A DNA stretch of 64,000 nucleotides from Evtepia sp. GTDB taxonomy: Bacteria > Bacillota > Clostridia > Oscillospirales > Oscillospiraceae. The notes under the pieces were generated by a model. It saw only the letters and a program-made list of their open reading frames with translations. It did not search any database and was not told the origin of the DNA. Below, piece after piece: positions 10,244 through 19,259 of this stretch. Position 1 is the stretch's first letter. Each line of letters starts with the position of its first letter. The DNA is taken from positions 346,591-410,590 of the forward strand of contig JAXGMZ010000001.1 in the NCBI GenBank assembly GCA_040768225.1, written 5' to 3'. The position numbers were made by a program, and so were the translations under genes.

Positions 10244-11608
10244 ATGGCATTTCGCAGCGAGCGGGACAGCATGGGCGAGCTGCTCGTCCCCGCAGATTCT
10301 CTCTGGGGCGCGCAGACCCAGCGCAGCCTGCAATATTTTGCGATCGGCGAGGAGCGCATGCCCGACCCGCTGATCAAAGCACTCGCGGAGGTCAAACGCG
10401 CGGCCGCGCGCGCAAACCACGCCCTCGGGCGGCTGGGCGAGCGGCGCTGCGCGCTGATTTCCAGCGTCTGTGATGAGATCTTAGACGGGCTCTGGGATGC
10501 GCAGTTTCCGCTCTCCGTCTGGCAAACCGGGAGCGGCACGCAGACAAACATGAACCTCAACGAGGTCATTGCCACGCGCGGCAACCAGCTCGCCGGCGAG
10601 CGGCTGCTCCACCCGAACGACCACGTCAACCTCTCCCAGAGCTCCAACGACAGCTTTCCCACCGCCATGCACATCGCCGCCGCGCTTTCCATCCACCGCG
10701 CCCTTCTGCCGGCGCTCGACGGCCTATCCGCCGCGCTGCTGCAGCTGGAACACGCCCACCCCTCCCTTATAAAAATTGGCCGCACCCACCTGCAGGACGC
10801 GGTGCCCATCCGCTTTTCCCAGGAGGTCTCCGGCTGGCGCGCGCTGGTAACGGAGAGCCGGCGCATGCTGCTCTCCGCGCTGCCTCCGCTTTACGAATTG
10901 GCGCTCGGGGGCACGGCCGTCGGCACGGGGCTCAACGCCCCGGCGGGTTTTTCCGAGGCTGCCATTGCGGACATTGCGGCGCGCACGGCGCTCCCCTTCC
11001 GCCCGGCGGCAAACAAGTTTCACGCCCTCTCCTCCAAGGACGCCATGGCCTTCTGCCACAGCGCGCTTAAGGTGACAGCGGGCAATTTGATGAAGCTTGC
11101 CAACGATCTGCGGCTCCTTGCCAGCGGCCCGCGCTGCGGCCTGTCTGAGCTCACCCTGCCCGCCAACGAGCCGGGCTCCTCCATCATGCCCGGCAAGGTC
11201 AACCCCACGCAGTGTGAGGCCATGACGATGGTCTGCGTGCAGGTGATGGGAAACGATGCCGCCGTCGGCTTTGCCGCCTCACAGGGGCAGCTCCAGCTCA
11301 ATGTGTTCATGCCCCTCATCGCCCATAACACGCTGCAATCCATCCGCCTGCTCTCCGATGCCTGCACCTCCTTCACGCGCCACTGCGTGCAGGGCATTGA
11401 GGTCAACGAAGGTAAAATGGCGGAAAATCTCTCCCGCTCGCTCATGACGGTCACGGCGCTCACGCCGCATCTCGGTTACGACCAGAGCGCGCGCATCGCA
11501 AAGCTCGCCTTTGAGGAGGACATCTCCCTGCGGGAGGCCGCCCAGCAGCTGGATTTGATGCGCGGGGAGGAGTTTGACCGCCTCTTCCGCCCGGAGGACA
11601 TGGCATAA
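10244..11608 (+). CDS. fumC: Class II fumarate hydratase
   Basis: WGAQTQRS, QTGSGTQTNMN, GRTHLQDA, GSSIMPGKVNPTQCE. Confidence 0.95.
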   Translation: MAFRSERDSMGELLVPADSLWGAQTQRSLQYFAIGEERMPDPLIKALAEVKRAAARANHALGRLGERRCALISSVCDEILDGLWDAQFPLSVWQTGSGTQTNMNLNEVIATRGNQLAGERLLHPNDHVNLSQSSNDSFPTAMHIAAALSIHRALLPALDGLSAALLQLEHAHPSLIKIGRTHLQDAVPIRFSQEVSGWRALVTESRRMLLSALPPLYELALGGTAVGTGLNAPAGFSEAAIADIAARTALPFRPAANKFHALSSKDAMAFCHSALKVTAGNLMKLANDLRLLASGPRCGLSELTLPANEPGSSIMPGKVNPTQCEAMTMVCVQVMGNDAAVGFAASQGQLQLNVFMPLIAHNTLQSIRLLSDACTSFTRHCVQGIEVNEGKMAENLSRSLMTVTALTPHLGYDQSARIAKLAFEEDISLREAAQQLDLMRGEEFDRLFRPEDMA

Positions 11609-11702
11609 GCCGCCGGCAGCGGATAGAAACAGCGCCATCCCATCTCAGAGCCGAGCGGAGCCGGAGCTTCCATCGGTGATTTTAACAAAGGAGTACCCAT
11701 GT

Positions 11703-12875
11703 ATGGACATCAAGCAGGAAGCGATGGCCCTCCACGAAGCCTTAGAGGGCAAAATTGAAGTGATCTCCCGTTGCCGCCTCCAGGACGCGCACGACCTCTC
11801 TCTTGCCTACACCCCCGGCGTTGCCGCACCCTGTATGGCAATCCACGAAACGCCTGACAAGTCCTTTTCCTTGACACGCCGCCGCAATCTTGTCGCTGTG
11901 ATTACCGATGGTTCCGCCGTTTTGGGGCTTGGAAACATCGGCCCAGAGGCGGCGATGCCGGTGATGGAGGGCAAATGCGTCCTCTTTAAAGAGTTCGGCG
12001 GGGTGGATGCCTTTCCGCTCTGCATTGACACGCAGAAGGTCGACGCGCTCGTGGAGACCATCGCGCTGCTCTCGAAGAGCTTTGGCGGCATCAATTTGGA
12101 GGACATCTCTGCGCCGCGCTGTTTTGAAGTGGAAGCGCGGCTCATCGAGCGCTGCGACATTCCGGTCTTTCACGATGACCAGCACGGCACCGCCGTCGTC
12201 ATCGCCGCCGCGCTGCACAACGCACTTCGCCTCGTCAACAAGCGCAGGGAGGACGTGCGCATTGTGATCTGCGGGGCAGGCGCCGCCGGAAGCGCCAGCG
12301 GCAGGCTCCTCCTTGACATGGGCTATCGCAACTTGCTCTTCGTCGCCCGCCAGGGCATCCTCCATAGGGGGAACCCGGCGCTCACAGACGCACAGAGACA
12401 GCTGGCGGAGATCAGCAATCCCGAGGGCTTGCAGGGCGGGCTCGCGGAGGCGGTGCAGGGGGCAGATATCTTCATCGGCCTCTCCGGCCCGGAAATCCTG
12501 AGCGGGGAGATGGTCGCCTCCATGGCGGCGGAGCCGATTATTTTGGCCCTCTCCAACCCCGTCCCTGAGATCATGCCCGCGCTTGCCAAGGCGCATGGGG
12601 CCGCAATCATCGGCACCGGCCGCTCCGACTTTCCAAATCAGATCAACAATGTCCTGGTCTTTCCGGGGCTCTTCAAGGGCGCGCTCTCCGTCGGCGCGCG
12701 GCGCATTACCGAGGGCATGAAGCAGCGCGCGGCGATGGCGCTGGCCGCCCTTGTCAGCGATGCGGAGCTCTCCCCCGACTACATCATCCCCTCCGCCCTG
12801 GACCCGCGCGCGGCCGATGCTGTTGCGCAGGCGGTGGCCGAGGAGGCCAGGCGCACAGGCAATGTCCGCTTCTAG
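11703..12875 (+). CDS. NAD(P)-dependent malic enzyme
   Basis: LAYTPGVA, PVMEGK, INLEDISAP, DDQHGT, GAGAAG, TGRSDFPNQINN; RBS aaggag before ATG 11703. Confidence 0.93.
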   Translation: MDIKQEAMALHEALEGKIEVISRCRLQDAHDLSLAYTPGVAAPCMAIHETPDKSFSLTRRRNLVAVITDGSAVLGLGNIGPEAAMPVMEGKCVLFKEFGGVDAFPLCIDTQKVDALVETIALLSKSFGGINLEDISAPRCFEVEARLIERCDIPVFHDDQHGTAVVIAAALHNALRLVNKRREDVRIVICGAGAAGSASGRLLLDMGYRNLLFVARQGILHRGNPALTDAQRQLAEISNPEGLQGGLAEAVQGADIFIGLSGPEILSGEMVASMAAEPIILALSNPVPEIMPALAKAHGAAIIGTGRSDFPNQINNVLVFPGLFKGALSVGARRITEGMKQRAAMALAALVSDAELSPDYIIPSALDPRAADAVAQAVAEEARRTGNVRF

Positions 12876-12927
12876 GCGGCTGTGCTTTGCCGGCAGGGAC
12901 GCAGTGCAGCGCGTCCCCTCTCCATGC

Positions 12928-12959
12928 AAAAGCGCCTCAACCGTGGTTGAGGCGCTTTT
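12928..12959. terminator. Bidirectional terminator
   Basis: aaaagcgcctcaacc-gt-ggttgaggcgctttt. Confidence 0.85.
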
Positions 12960-12998
12960 CTCTTGCGTATTTCGATTATACTGCGGCTGCTTTTCTGC

Positions 12999-13514
12999 CT
13001 AGACCGCGTCCTTCACTTCTTCCACCGAGCTTTTCAGGACATCCAGCACGCTCTCTCTGGAGACGTCCAGCACGATGGCAAGCTCCCCGTAGAGCAGCTC
13101 TTCCGCCCGCTTCATATAGCGCTCATCCACCGCAGCGGGCTTCTTGCCCAGCGAGGCGGCACGCTGCTTTTTCTGGTAGAGCCCCTTAATGAGCTGCACG
13201 AGTTCTGTACAGTTGTGCGTTTGCAGATACTGATCATAGCGCTCTGCCAGAAAACGCAGGTTCTTCTCTTCGCAGAGCGTCTCTGTGATGCTGGGAATTT
13301 CCTCCACCAGCCGTTCCGCATCCGGCCGCGAGATCACGCGGCGCATAAACACGGGGCTGTCTACAGGGGTGTAGATGACACCTTCCCGGTAAACAGGGTT
13401 GAGGGTGTAGTACGTGCGCTCCGGGTTGATCGCCGGAATATCCGGCGAGCCGATGTCCCGAACGCGGCAAACCCCCTCGCTCCCATAAATAATCAATTCT
13501 CCAATCTCATACAC
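12999..13514 (-). CDS. CarD-family transcriptional regulator
   Basis: YEIGELIIYGSEGVCRV N-terminus; AEELLYGELAIVL C-terminus. Confidence 0.88.
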   Translation of the reverse strand: MYEIGELIIYGSEGVCRVRDIGSPDIPAINPERTYYTLNPVYREGVIYTPVDSPVFMRRVISRPDAERLVEEIPSITETLCEEKNLRFLAERYDQYLQTHNCTELVQLIKGLYQKKQRAASLGKKPAAVDERYMKRAEELLYGELAIVLDVSRESVLDVLKSSVEEVKDAV

Positions 13515-13934
13515 GAAGCTTCACCTTCCCTTTCCCTGTGCTGCCGCTTGCAAGCTGCTCCTGCAAGCGCGCTGGCCTACGTAAGCGAATATCATTGACA
13601 CAATTTGTGTGTGCATTTGTAAAGCAAGACGCGCAGTTGCATATCGGCTTTCTCTCTGCCGCAACTGCACGCTGCATGATTGTGTTCTAATTTTTCCGAC
13701 TCTAATATAGTATAGCACATTTTTGTGGGGAATGTAAGCTTTTTTTGCGTTATTTCAGATTTCTCTCCAAATCGCACCGTTTTTGTCTTTTTTAACGGTG
13801 AAATAGTAAACTTTTATACGCCCCGAGTGGAAAAGATGCACCCGGCGCCGGGGATGCAGCCCTCGGAATCCCCCGCACGGGCGGGAGTACTTCTACACGC
13901 GCCCCGGGCGGAGAAGGTGTGGCTACCCCGCCTT

Positions 13935-14483
13935 TTATCCGTTCTTCAAGCGGTCTTTGTGCGCGGCATAGTGCTCCAGGGCACCGCGGATGGCGTCCTT
14001 CGCCGCCTGCACATGCTGCACCTCGTCCACCACGGTCGTCTTGCGCTCCAGGCTTTTGTAGACCTGGAAGAAGTGCCGCATTTCCTCAAAGATATGCGCC
14101 GGCAGTTCGTCCACACTCCGGTATGCGTTGTAGGTCGGATCGTCAAAGGGGATGGCAATGATCTTTTCGTCGCGTTTTCCCTGATCCTCCATCACAATCA
14201 TGCCGATGGGGTAGCAGCGCACCAGACTCATGGGGTAGATCGTCTCGCTGCACAGAACCAGCACATCCAGCGGGTCGAGGTCATCGGCATAGGTGAGCGG
14301 GATAAAGCCGTAATTGGCCGGATAGTGCGTTGAGGTGTGCAGTACCCGGTCGAGGATCAGGTGCCCGCTCTCTTTATCGAGCTCATATTTGCTCTTGGAG
14401 CCCTTCCCAATTTCGATCACCGCAAGGAAATCTTCCTCGGAAATGCGCGCAGGATTCACATCGTGCCACAGATGGTTCATCAT
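13935..14483 (-). CDS. ppa: Family I inorganic pyrophosphatase
   Basis: EIGKGSKSKYE, YPANYGFIPLTYADDLDPLDVL, DEKIIA. Confidence 0.95.
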   Translation of the reverse strand: MMNHLWHDVNPARISEEDFLAVIEIGKGSKSKYELDKESGHLILDRVLHTSTHYPANYGFIPLTYADDLDPLDVLVLCSETIYPMSLVRCYPIGMIVMEDQGKRDEKIIAIPFDDPTYNAYRSVDELPAHIFEEMRHFFQVYKSLERKTTVVDEVQHVQAAKDAIRGALEHYAAHKDRLKNG

Positions 14484-14735
14484 ATCGCTTCCTTCCTTGA
14501 ATTGATCGCACGCGCTTGCCCGGGCGGGGGCAGCTTACCCTGCCGAAACACAGGGCAGGGCGCTTTGGCGGCAGCGCGCTGCCGAGTTGACGGGGTGGAG
14601 CTGCGCTCTTTTCACCCCTCTGGCCCCGCCAGTCTCTCTGTATTATAACAAACTTTCCCCAAGCTGTAAAAGCTTTTTGAGTGCGGCGGTCCCCTCTGTG
14701 CGCGGGGAGAGAAAAAACTGCCGCACGCAGAGGCA

Positions 14736-14774
14736 GAAAAGAACTGCCCCGCAAGCTGCGGGACAGTCCTTCTG
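14736..14774 (-). terminator. Intrinsic terminator after adh
   Basis: Minus strand agaaggactgtcccgcag-ct-tgcggggcagttcttttct. Confidence 0.75.
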
Positions 14775-14798
14775 TACTGTATTTCTGCTCGTTTCTGA

Positions 14799-15854
14799 TT
14801 AGATGATGACAACAGGCTTAATCAGATCAGCGGGCTTATCCTTCATGAGCATCAGCGCATCTTCCAGCTTATCCAGACCGTTGAAGCGGTGGGTGATCAG
14901 CTTGGAGGGATCCAGACGGCCTGCCATGACCATGTTGGCAAGCTTCTCCATGCGGAGACGGCCGCCGGGCATCAGACCGCCGTGGATGGACTTATGGCCC
15001 ATGCCCACACCCCACTCAACGCGGGGAATCTTGATCGAATCGCCGGAGCCGAGATAGTTCACGTTGCCAATGATGCCGCCGGGCTTGAGCATGGTGATGG
15101 CCTGGGCGAAGGTGTCATTGTCGCCGCCGGCGATGATGACTTTGTCAACACCCTTCCCATTGGTGGCTTCCATGACCTGCTCGACGATGTCGCCGTTGCG
15201 GTAGTTGATGATATCGGTTGCGCCGTATTCTTTTGCAATGGCGATGCAGTTCGGTCTCGAGCCGACGGCAAAGAGGCGGCTCGCACCGGAGAGAACCGCG
15301 CCGCGCACGCACATCAGGCCGACAGGGCCGATGCCGATGACGCAGACCGTATCGCCAAACTTGATGTCGGCCAGCTCCGCGCCGTGGAGGCCGGTGGGAA
15401 CCATGTCAGAGAGCATGGCTGCGGTGGCAGGGTCCATTCCTTCCGGCAGAAGGGCAAGGTTTCCGTCTGCGTCGTTGACGTGGAAGAACTCGGCAAATAC
15501 GCCATCCTTAAAGTTGGAGAACTTCCAGCCGCCGAGCATTCCGCCCGAGTGCATGGAGAAGCCGCCCTGGGCTTCCAGGGAGTTCCAGTCGGGGGTAATG
15601 GCGGGGATGATGACCTTGTCGCCGGGCTTGAAATCGCGCACCAGAGAGCCGACCTCAACCACTTCACCAACACCTTCATGTCCGAGGATCATGTCAAAGC
15701 GCTCACCGACCGCACCTTCCCAAACCGTATGAATATCTGAGGTGCAGGGAGCCAGAGCGATGGGGCGGACAATGGCATCAATGGGGCCGCATGCGGGTCT
15801 GTCCTTCTCAATCCAGCCGACTTTTCCAATACCTAACATTGCAAATGCTTTCAT
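14799..15854 (-). CDS. adh: NADP-dependent secondary alcohol (isopropanol) dehydrogenase
   Basis: Recognisably similar to C. beijerinckii/T. brockii ADH: PCTSDIHTV, ILGHE, DMVPTGLHGAELA, GIGPVG, GSRP, GGRLRME. Confidence 0.9.
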   Translation of the reverse strand: MKAFAMLGIGKVGWIEKDRPACGPIDAIVRPIALAPCTSDIHTVWEGAVGERFDMILGHEGVGEVVEVGSLVRDFKPGDKVIIPAITPDWNSLEAQGGFSMHSGGMLGGWKFSNFKDGVFAEFFHVNDADGNLALLPEGMDPATAAMLSDMVPTGLHGAELADIKFGDTVCVIGIGPVGLMCVRGAVLSGASRLFAVGSRPNCIAIAKEYGATDIINYRNGDIVEQVMEATNGKGVDKVIIAGGDNDTFAQAITMLKPGGIIGNVNYLGSGDSIKIPRVEWGVGMGHKSIHGGLMPGGRLRMEKLANMVMAGRLDPSKLITHRFNGLDKLEDALMLMKDKPADLIKPVVII

Positions 15855-16009
15855 AAGTGTCCCTCCGTTTTCTAAAAAATACTTTGTTGTTCGAATGCAA
15901 TTATACTATACTTTCCCTCTCTTGGCAAGCGTTCCCCGCCCCCGTTCTTGTTTGTTTGTCTCTTTTAACAAACTGTTCACATTAGTAGCGTTCCCCTTCA
16001 ATGCCCGAT

Positions 16010-16204
16010 CTATTCTCTGCCTCTCCGCAGGGTTTTTTCGAGCGCATTTTCGCGCAAAGACCCTTTGTGGCTTGGAGCATCCGGTATGAAAGGCGTTGTG
16101 TCTTCCTCCCGGCAGCTATCATAAATTTTCCTGGTGTTGATGCAAACCGCCTCACGGATGCCGGTATTGTCACAGATCGGGCCGGGTATGATCCTCTCTT
16201 TCAT
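16010..16204 (-). pseudogene. 5' remnant of a conserved clostridial Cys-motif hypothetical protein
   Basis: MKERIIPGPICDNTGIREAVCINTRKIYDSCR then unrelated sequence; good RBS (ggagg). Confidence 0.5.
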
Positions 16205-16330
16205 AAATAAAACCTCCAATCAGAGAATTATAACGATTTTCTCGCCACTCCATTCTATGAGCGCGGCGGGGATTGGTGCGGAAAGGAACTTGACCTATAA
16301 AAATTTTCTCCGCTTCGGGCAGAGGAAGTC

Positions 16331-16359
16331 TTGCAATGAGATTTTCTCTGTGCTATAGT
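16331..16359 (+). promoter_or_regulatory. sigmaA promoter of tRNA-Gly
   Basis: TTGCAA-17-TATAGT with extended TG. Confidence 0.8.
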
Positions 16360-16443
16360 AGAGTTGTCCGGGGCGGGAAAGAGAAAGCGCCCCTGCCACC
16401 CCCCTTACGGGAGGGACGGCGATGTCCCCGGCACTGCCTTCCT

Positions 16444-16517
16444 GCGGGTGTAGTTCATCGGTAGAATGAAAGCTTCCCAAGCTTTAGAGGTGGGTTCGAC
16501 TCCCATCACCCGCTCCA
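16444..16517 (+). tRNA. tRNA-Gly(CCC)
   Basis: GCGGGTG/CACCCGC acceptor, AAAGC-TTCCCAA-GCTTT anticodon arm, GGTTCGAC T-loop, U73, CCA. Confidence 0.97.
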
Positions 16518-16622
16518 CCAGCTTGAAGCTGGACACAAATCGCGCGCTTCACTTTGTGGGGTGCGCTTTGTTTTGCGCCCGCGCCGAAAGCCCGCATCTA
16601 TTCTGAGCGAATGACACAAATC

Positions 16623-16657
16623 AGAGAGACCAGACGATGGCATCGTCTGGTCTCTCT
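16623..16657. terminator. Perfect 16-bp-stem hairpin, terminator
   Basis: agagagaccagacgat-ggc-atcgtctggtctctct. Confidence 0.8.
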
Positions 16658-16773
16658 TTCTGCGCGCAGAGCGCACGCAGCGGGCGTTTCTTCACGGCGT
16701 GTGCCCCGCTCTCCCTATCCGCGGCGCTGCCCTGTGCTGCGGAGGCTTTGCAAGGCACTTCGTTTGGGGTTGG

Positions 16774-18453
16774 TCACTGGATGGCCTCGAAGGTCCGGAC
16801 CGCCATGAGCACAGCGGCCTCTCTGGATGCCATGCCGTAGCCCGAGGCCTCGTGCGCGGCGTTGAGCGGCTTGGGCATGAAATAGCCCCTCGTGTCCCCT
16901 AAAATGATGCCCAGTTTGGACATATATTTCGTCCCTTCCACCGCCCAGGAGGCGATCTGCGCCTGATCGGGGAAGTCCGGGATTCCCGTGGTGCTGTAGT
17001 CGGCATTGGGCGCGATGGCCTTGATGGCCCGGTAGAGCATGGTGGCGCACTGCTCGCGGGTGATGCGCGTGTTGGGTTCAAAGGTCGTCTCCGAGGTACC
17101 GGCGGTGATCCCCAGCTGATAGGCCTTTAAAATCTGATAGTTTGCCGTATCTGTAAAGGGGTTTGCGTTGAGCACCAAGATGGTTTTTCCCGTGGTGCCC
17201 TCATAGAGCTGCACCGCCAGCTCCGCAAACTCCTCCCTGGAGATCGACACTCTCATGTCCTTGCCACGCAAAATTTCGGGGATGAGCCCTGCGGCAGCGG
17301 CCTGATCGAGCTCAGCAATGGCCCAGTCGCTCGCCGGGCCGTATATCGGCGATGCAGGCGGCAGTGCGGTCTCCGCAGGCGCCGCGGTGATTTCAGCCTC
17401 CAGCCCCATCCCCCCGCTGTTGAGGGCGCGCACCTTAAACAGATAGCTCTGCCCGTTTTTCAGCCCGGTAAAGGTGTAGCTGCTTGTGTTTCCTGTCGTG
17501 AGCCAGGTCGTCCCGCCGTTGTCGCTCACCTCAAAGCTTGTGATGGTGCTCGTTCCGCCGTAGGCAGGCAGAGCCCAGCTTAGGGCCACCGTTCCGTCCC
17601 CGGGCTTCGCGCTGAGGTTCTGGGGCGCGGAGGGCGTCGGCGGGTCAAAGGTAAAATAACTAAGCTGAGACTTATTCAGGCCGATAATGGCGTTTTCAGA
17701 TGGCAGGTAGTTATTTTGGCAGGCCAGCCTTTTAAGATTTGTATTCTTGCTGACATCCAGCGCGGTCAGCTTATTGCCTTGGCAATATAATGACTCTAAT
17801 AGCGGATTTTTACTCACATCCAGCACGGTCAGATTATTGTTTCTGCAAATAAGGTCCTGTAGATTTGGATTTTTGCTGACATCCAGCGAGGTCAGATTAT
17901 TGTCTTCGCAATTCAAGTACTCTAGCAGGGGATTTTTGCTCACATCCAGCGAGCTTAGACTGTTCTTGTTGAAAATAAGTACTTTCAAATTCAAATTATT
18001 GCTGACATCCAGCGAGGTCAGATTATTGTCTCCGCAATCTAAGCGCGCTAACAGAGGGTTTTTGCTGACATCCAGCGCAGTCAGATTGTTATTGCCGCAC
18101 CAGAGTTGCTTCAGTTTCAGATTACTGCTGACATCCAGCGAGGTCAGATTGTTAGTGTGGCAATTAAGCTCTTCCAAGCCATAAAAATACTCTATTCCGG
18201 CAAGGCTGTAGATAGAGCTATGATGTACACTCAACTCAGTAATCTTCGACACATCGGTGGTATACACCGGCTCAGCGGCGCTTTTCCCCAAAGCCTTTCG
18301 GACTTCCGCCAGAAAGATTGCGTCTGTAAACTTGTCTGTGATGTCGATCTTAAACTCGGGAAACGTGAGCGCTGCCGCCTTGGGCATCGCCCCAAGCAGG
18401 AAGAAGAGCAGAAGCAGCAGGGAAACGCTTTTGCTTAGGGTCTGTTTCATCAT
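16774..18453 (-). CDS. Secreted leucine-rich-repeat + FN3 + SLH surface protein
   Basis: Signal peptide after RBS gaggagg; 21-aa LRRs (LxCxNNxLTxLDVSxN); FN3 (PSAPQNLSA...YLFKVRALN); C-terminal SLH (ITREQCATML). Confidence 0.9.
   Translation of the reverse strand: MMKQTLSKSVSLLLLLFFLLGAMPKAAALTFPEFKIDITDKFTDAIFLAEVRKALGKSAAEPVYTTDVSKITELSVHHSSIYSLAGIEYFYGLEELNCHTNNLTSLDVSSNLKLKQLWCGNNNLTALDVSKNPLLARLDCGDNNLTSLDVSNNLNLKVLIFNKNSLSSLDVSKNPLLEYLNCEDNNLTSLDVSKNPNLQDLICRNNNLTVLDVSKNPLLESLYCQGNKLTALDVSKNTNLKRLACQNNYLPSENAIIGLNKSQLSYFTFDPPTPSAPQNLSAKPGDGTVALSWALPAYGGTSTITSFEVSDNGGTTWLTTGNTSSYTFTGLKNGQSYLFKVRALNSGGMGLEAEITAAPAETALPPASPIYGPASDWAIAELDQAAAAGLIPEILRGKDMRVSISREEFAELAVQLYEGTTGKTILVLNANPFTDTANYQILKAYQLGITAGTSETTFEPNTRITREQCATMLYRAIKAIAPNADYSTTGIPDFPDQAQIASWAVEGTKYMSKLGIILGDTRGYFMPKPLNAAHEASGYGMASREAAVLMAVRTFEAIQ
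17740..18190 (-). repeat. Seven 63-bp tandem LRR-coding repeats
   Basis: gctgacatccagcgaggtcagatt-like unit recurs near 17749, 17812, 17875, 17938, 18001, 18064, 18127. Confidence 0.9.
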
Positions 18454-18502
18454 AATTTCCTCCTCAGATTTCTCTTTTTGAGTGCGCGGCGCGGCAAAGC
18501 GG

Positions 18503-19051
18503 CTACTTGACGGCCGCTGCCAGATTTTCCAGGGCAAGCCTGCCCGCTTCCACAAGTTTTTCTCGATTACCCGCATCGTCCAAATTGCCAACTGCGATGA
18601 GGATGTAGTACCCGTCCTTCAGAATATGCAGTCCGGGTGTTGCAAAATGCGCCTCATCGCCAATGCCCTCCACCGGGATCGCGTCCTCAAAATTCTCGAC
18701 AATCGCCCGATACAGGCTCTCCGGTGTCTGCCTCTGCTCTGCGGGCATCATGGCCTGCTGCGTGAGGCTGAGCTGGAGAAAGTGATCCTCCGAGCCGTAG
18801 AAGCGCTGCTTCAGGCCCACCTGTTCCTGTTCGCTGCTCTCGGCTGTGTCCAGCGTCACCCCAAGGATCTCTTCGGCCTCTTCCTTAGAGATCAGTGACG
18901 ATGGCTCTATGACAGCTGCCGCCGCGTGGTGTTCGGGCGGTGCCTGAGGCGGTTGCGAAGGCGCGGCGGCCGGATCGCCCGCAGGCGCACCGCAGGCACA
19001 GAGCAGGAGTAAGAGCAGCGTGCCAAGGCATATCTTTGCAAAGCTTTTCAT
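18503..19051 (-). CDS. Lipoprotein, DUF3558/PknH-extracellular-like
   Basis: ATG 19051 with RBS ggaggg; lipobox LLCACG; PSSLISKEEAEEILG...VEGIGDEA pattern. Confidence 0.7.
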   Translation of the reverse strand: MKSFAKICLGTLLLLLLCACGAPAGDPAAAPSQPPQAPPEHHAAAAVIEPSSLISKEEAEEILGVTLDTAESSEQEQVGLKQRFYGSEDHFLQLSLTQQAMMPAEQRQTPESLYRAIVENFEDAIPVEGIGDEAHFATPGLHILKDGYYILIAVGNLDDAGNREKLVEAGRLALENLAAAVK

Positions 19052-19151
19052 TTTAAATTCCCTCCATACGCGATGACCGCGATGATGTTCCCTCTCACGG
19101 GATCCCCACACCCTTGATCCTATTTTAGAGCGGGAGTGCCCTGTTTCATAG

Positions 19152-19167
19152 CTACTAAACATGGTAG
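19152..19167. promoter_or_regulatory. Candidate LuxR box 1
   Basis: CTACT-AAACAT-GGTAG between luxR1 and the lipoprotein gene. Confidence 0.5.
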
Positions 19168-19259
19168 GTTTTTAGAAAAGGCAGCCCTGAGCGAAGTCAA
19201 GGCTGCCTTTGCTGCCGCAGGGCAGACGATACGCCCTCCGGCCGTGGGAGGTCGGTTTT

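Noticed and set aside
14484-14640. Fluoride riboswitch before ppa
   Set aside because: The GGCGATG...GCTRATGAC core is absent.
15940-15990. Rex operator upstream of adh
   Set aside because: Only half-site matches to TTGTGAA-N4-TTCACAA.
16515-16520. CCACCA after tRNA-Gly as a degradation tag
   Set aside because: It is genomic sequence just after the encoded CCA and would be trimmed normally; no evidence of function.
17740-18190. Periodic repeats as a CRISPR array or DGR template
   Set aside because: The 63-bp units are in-frame LRR codons; no cas or reverse transcriptase genes in the window.
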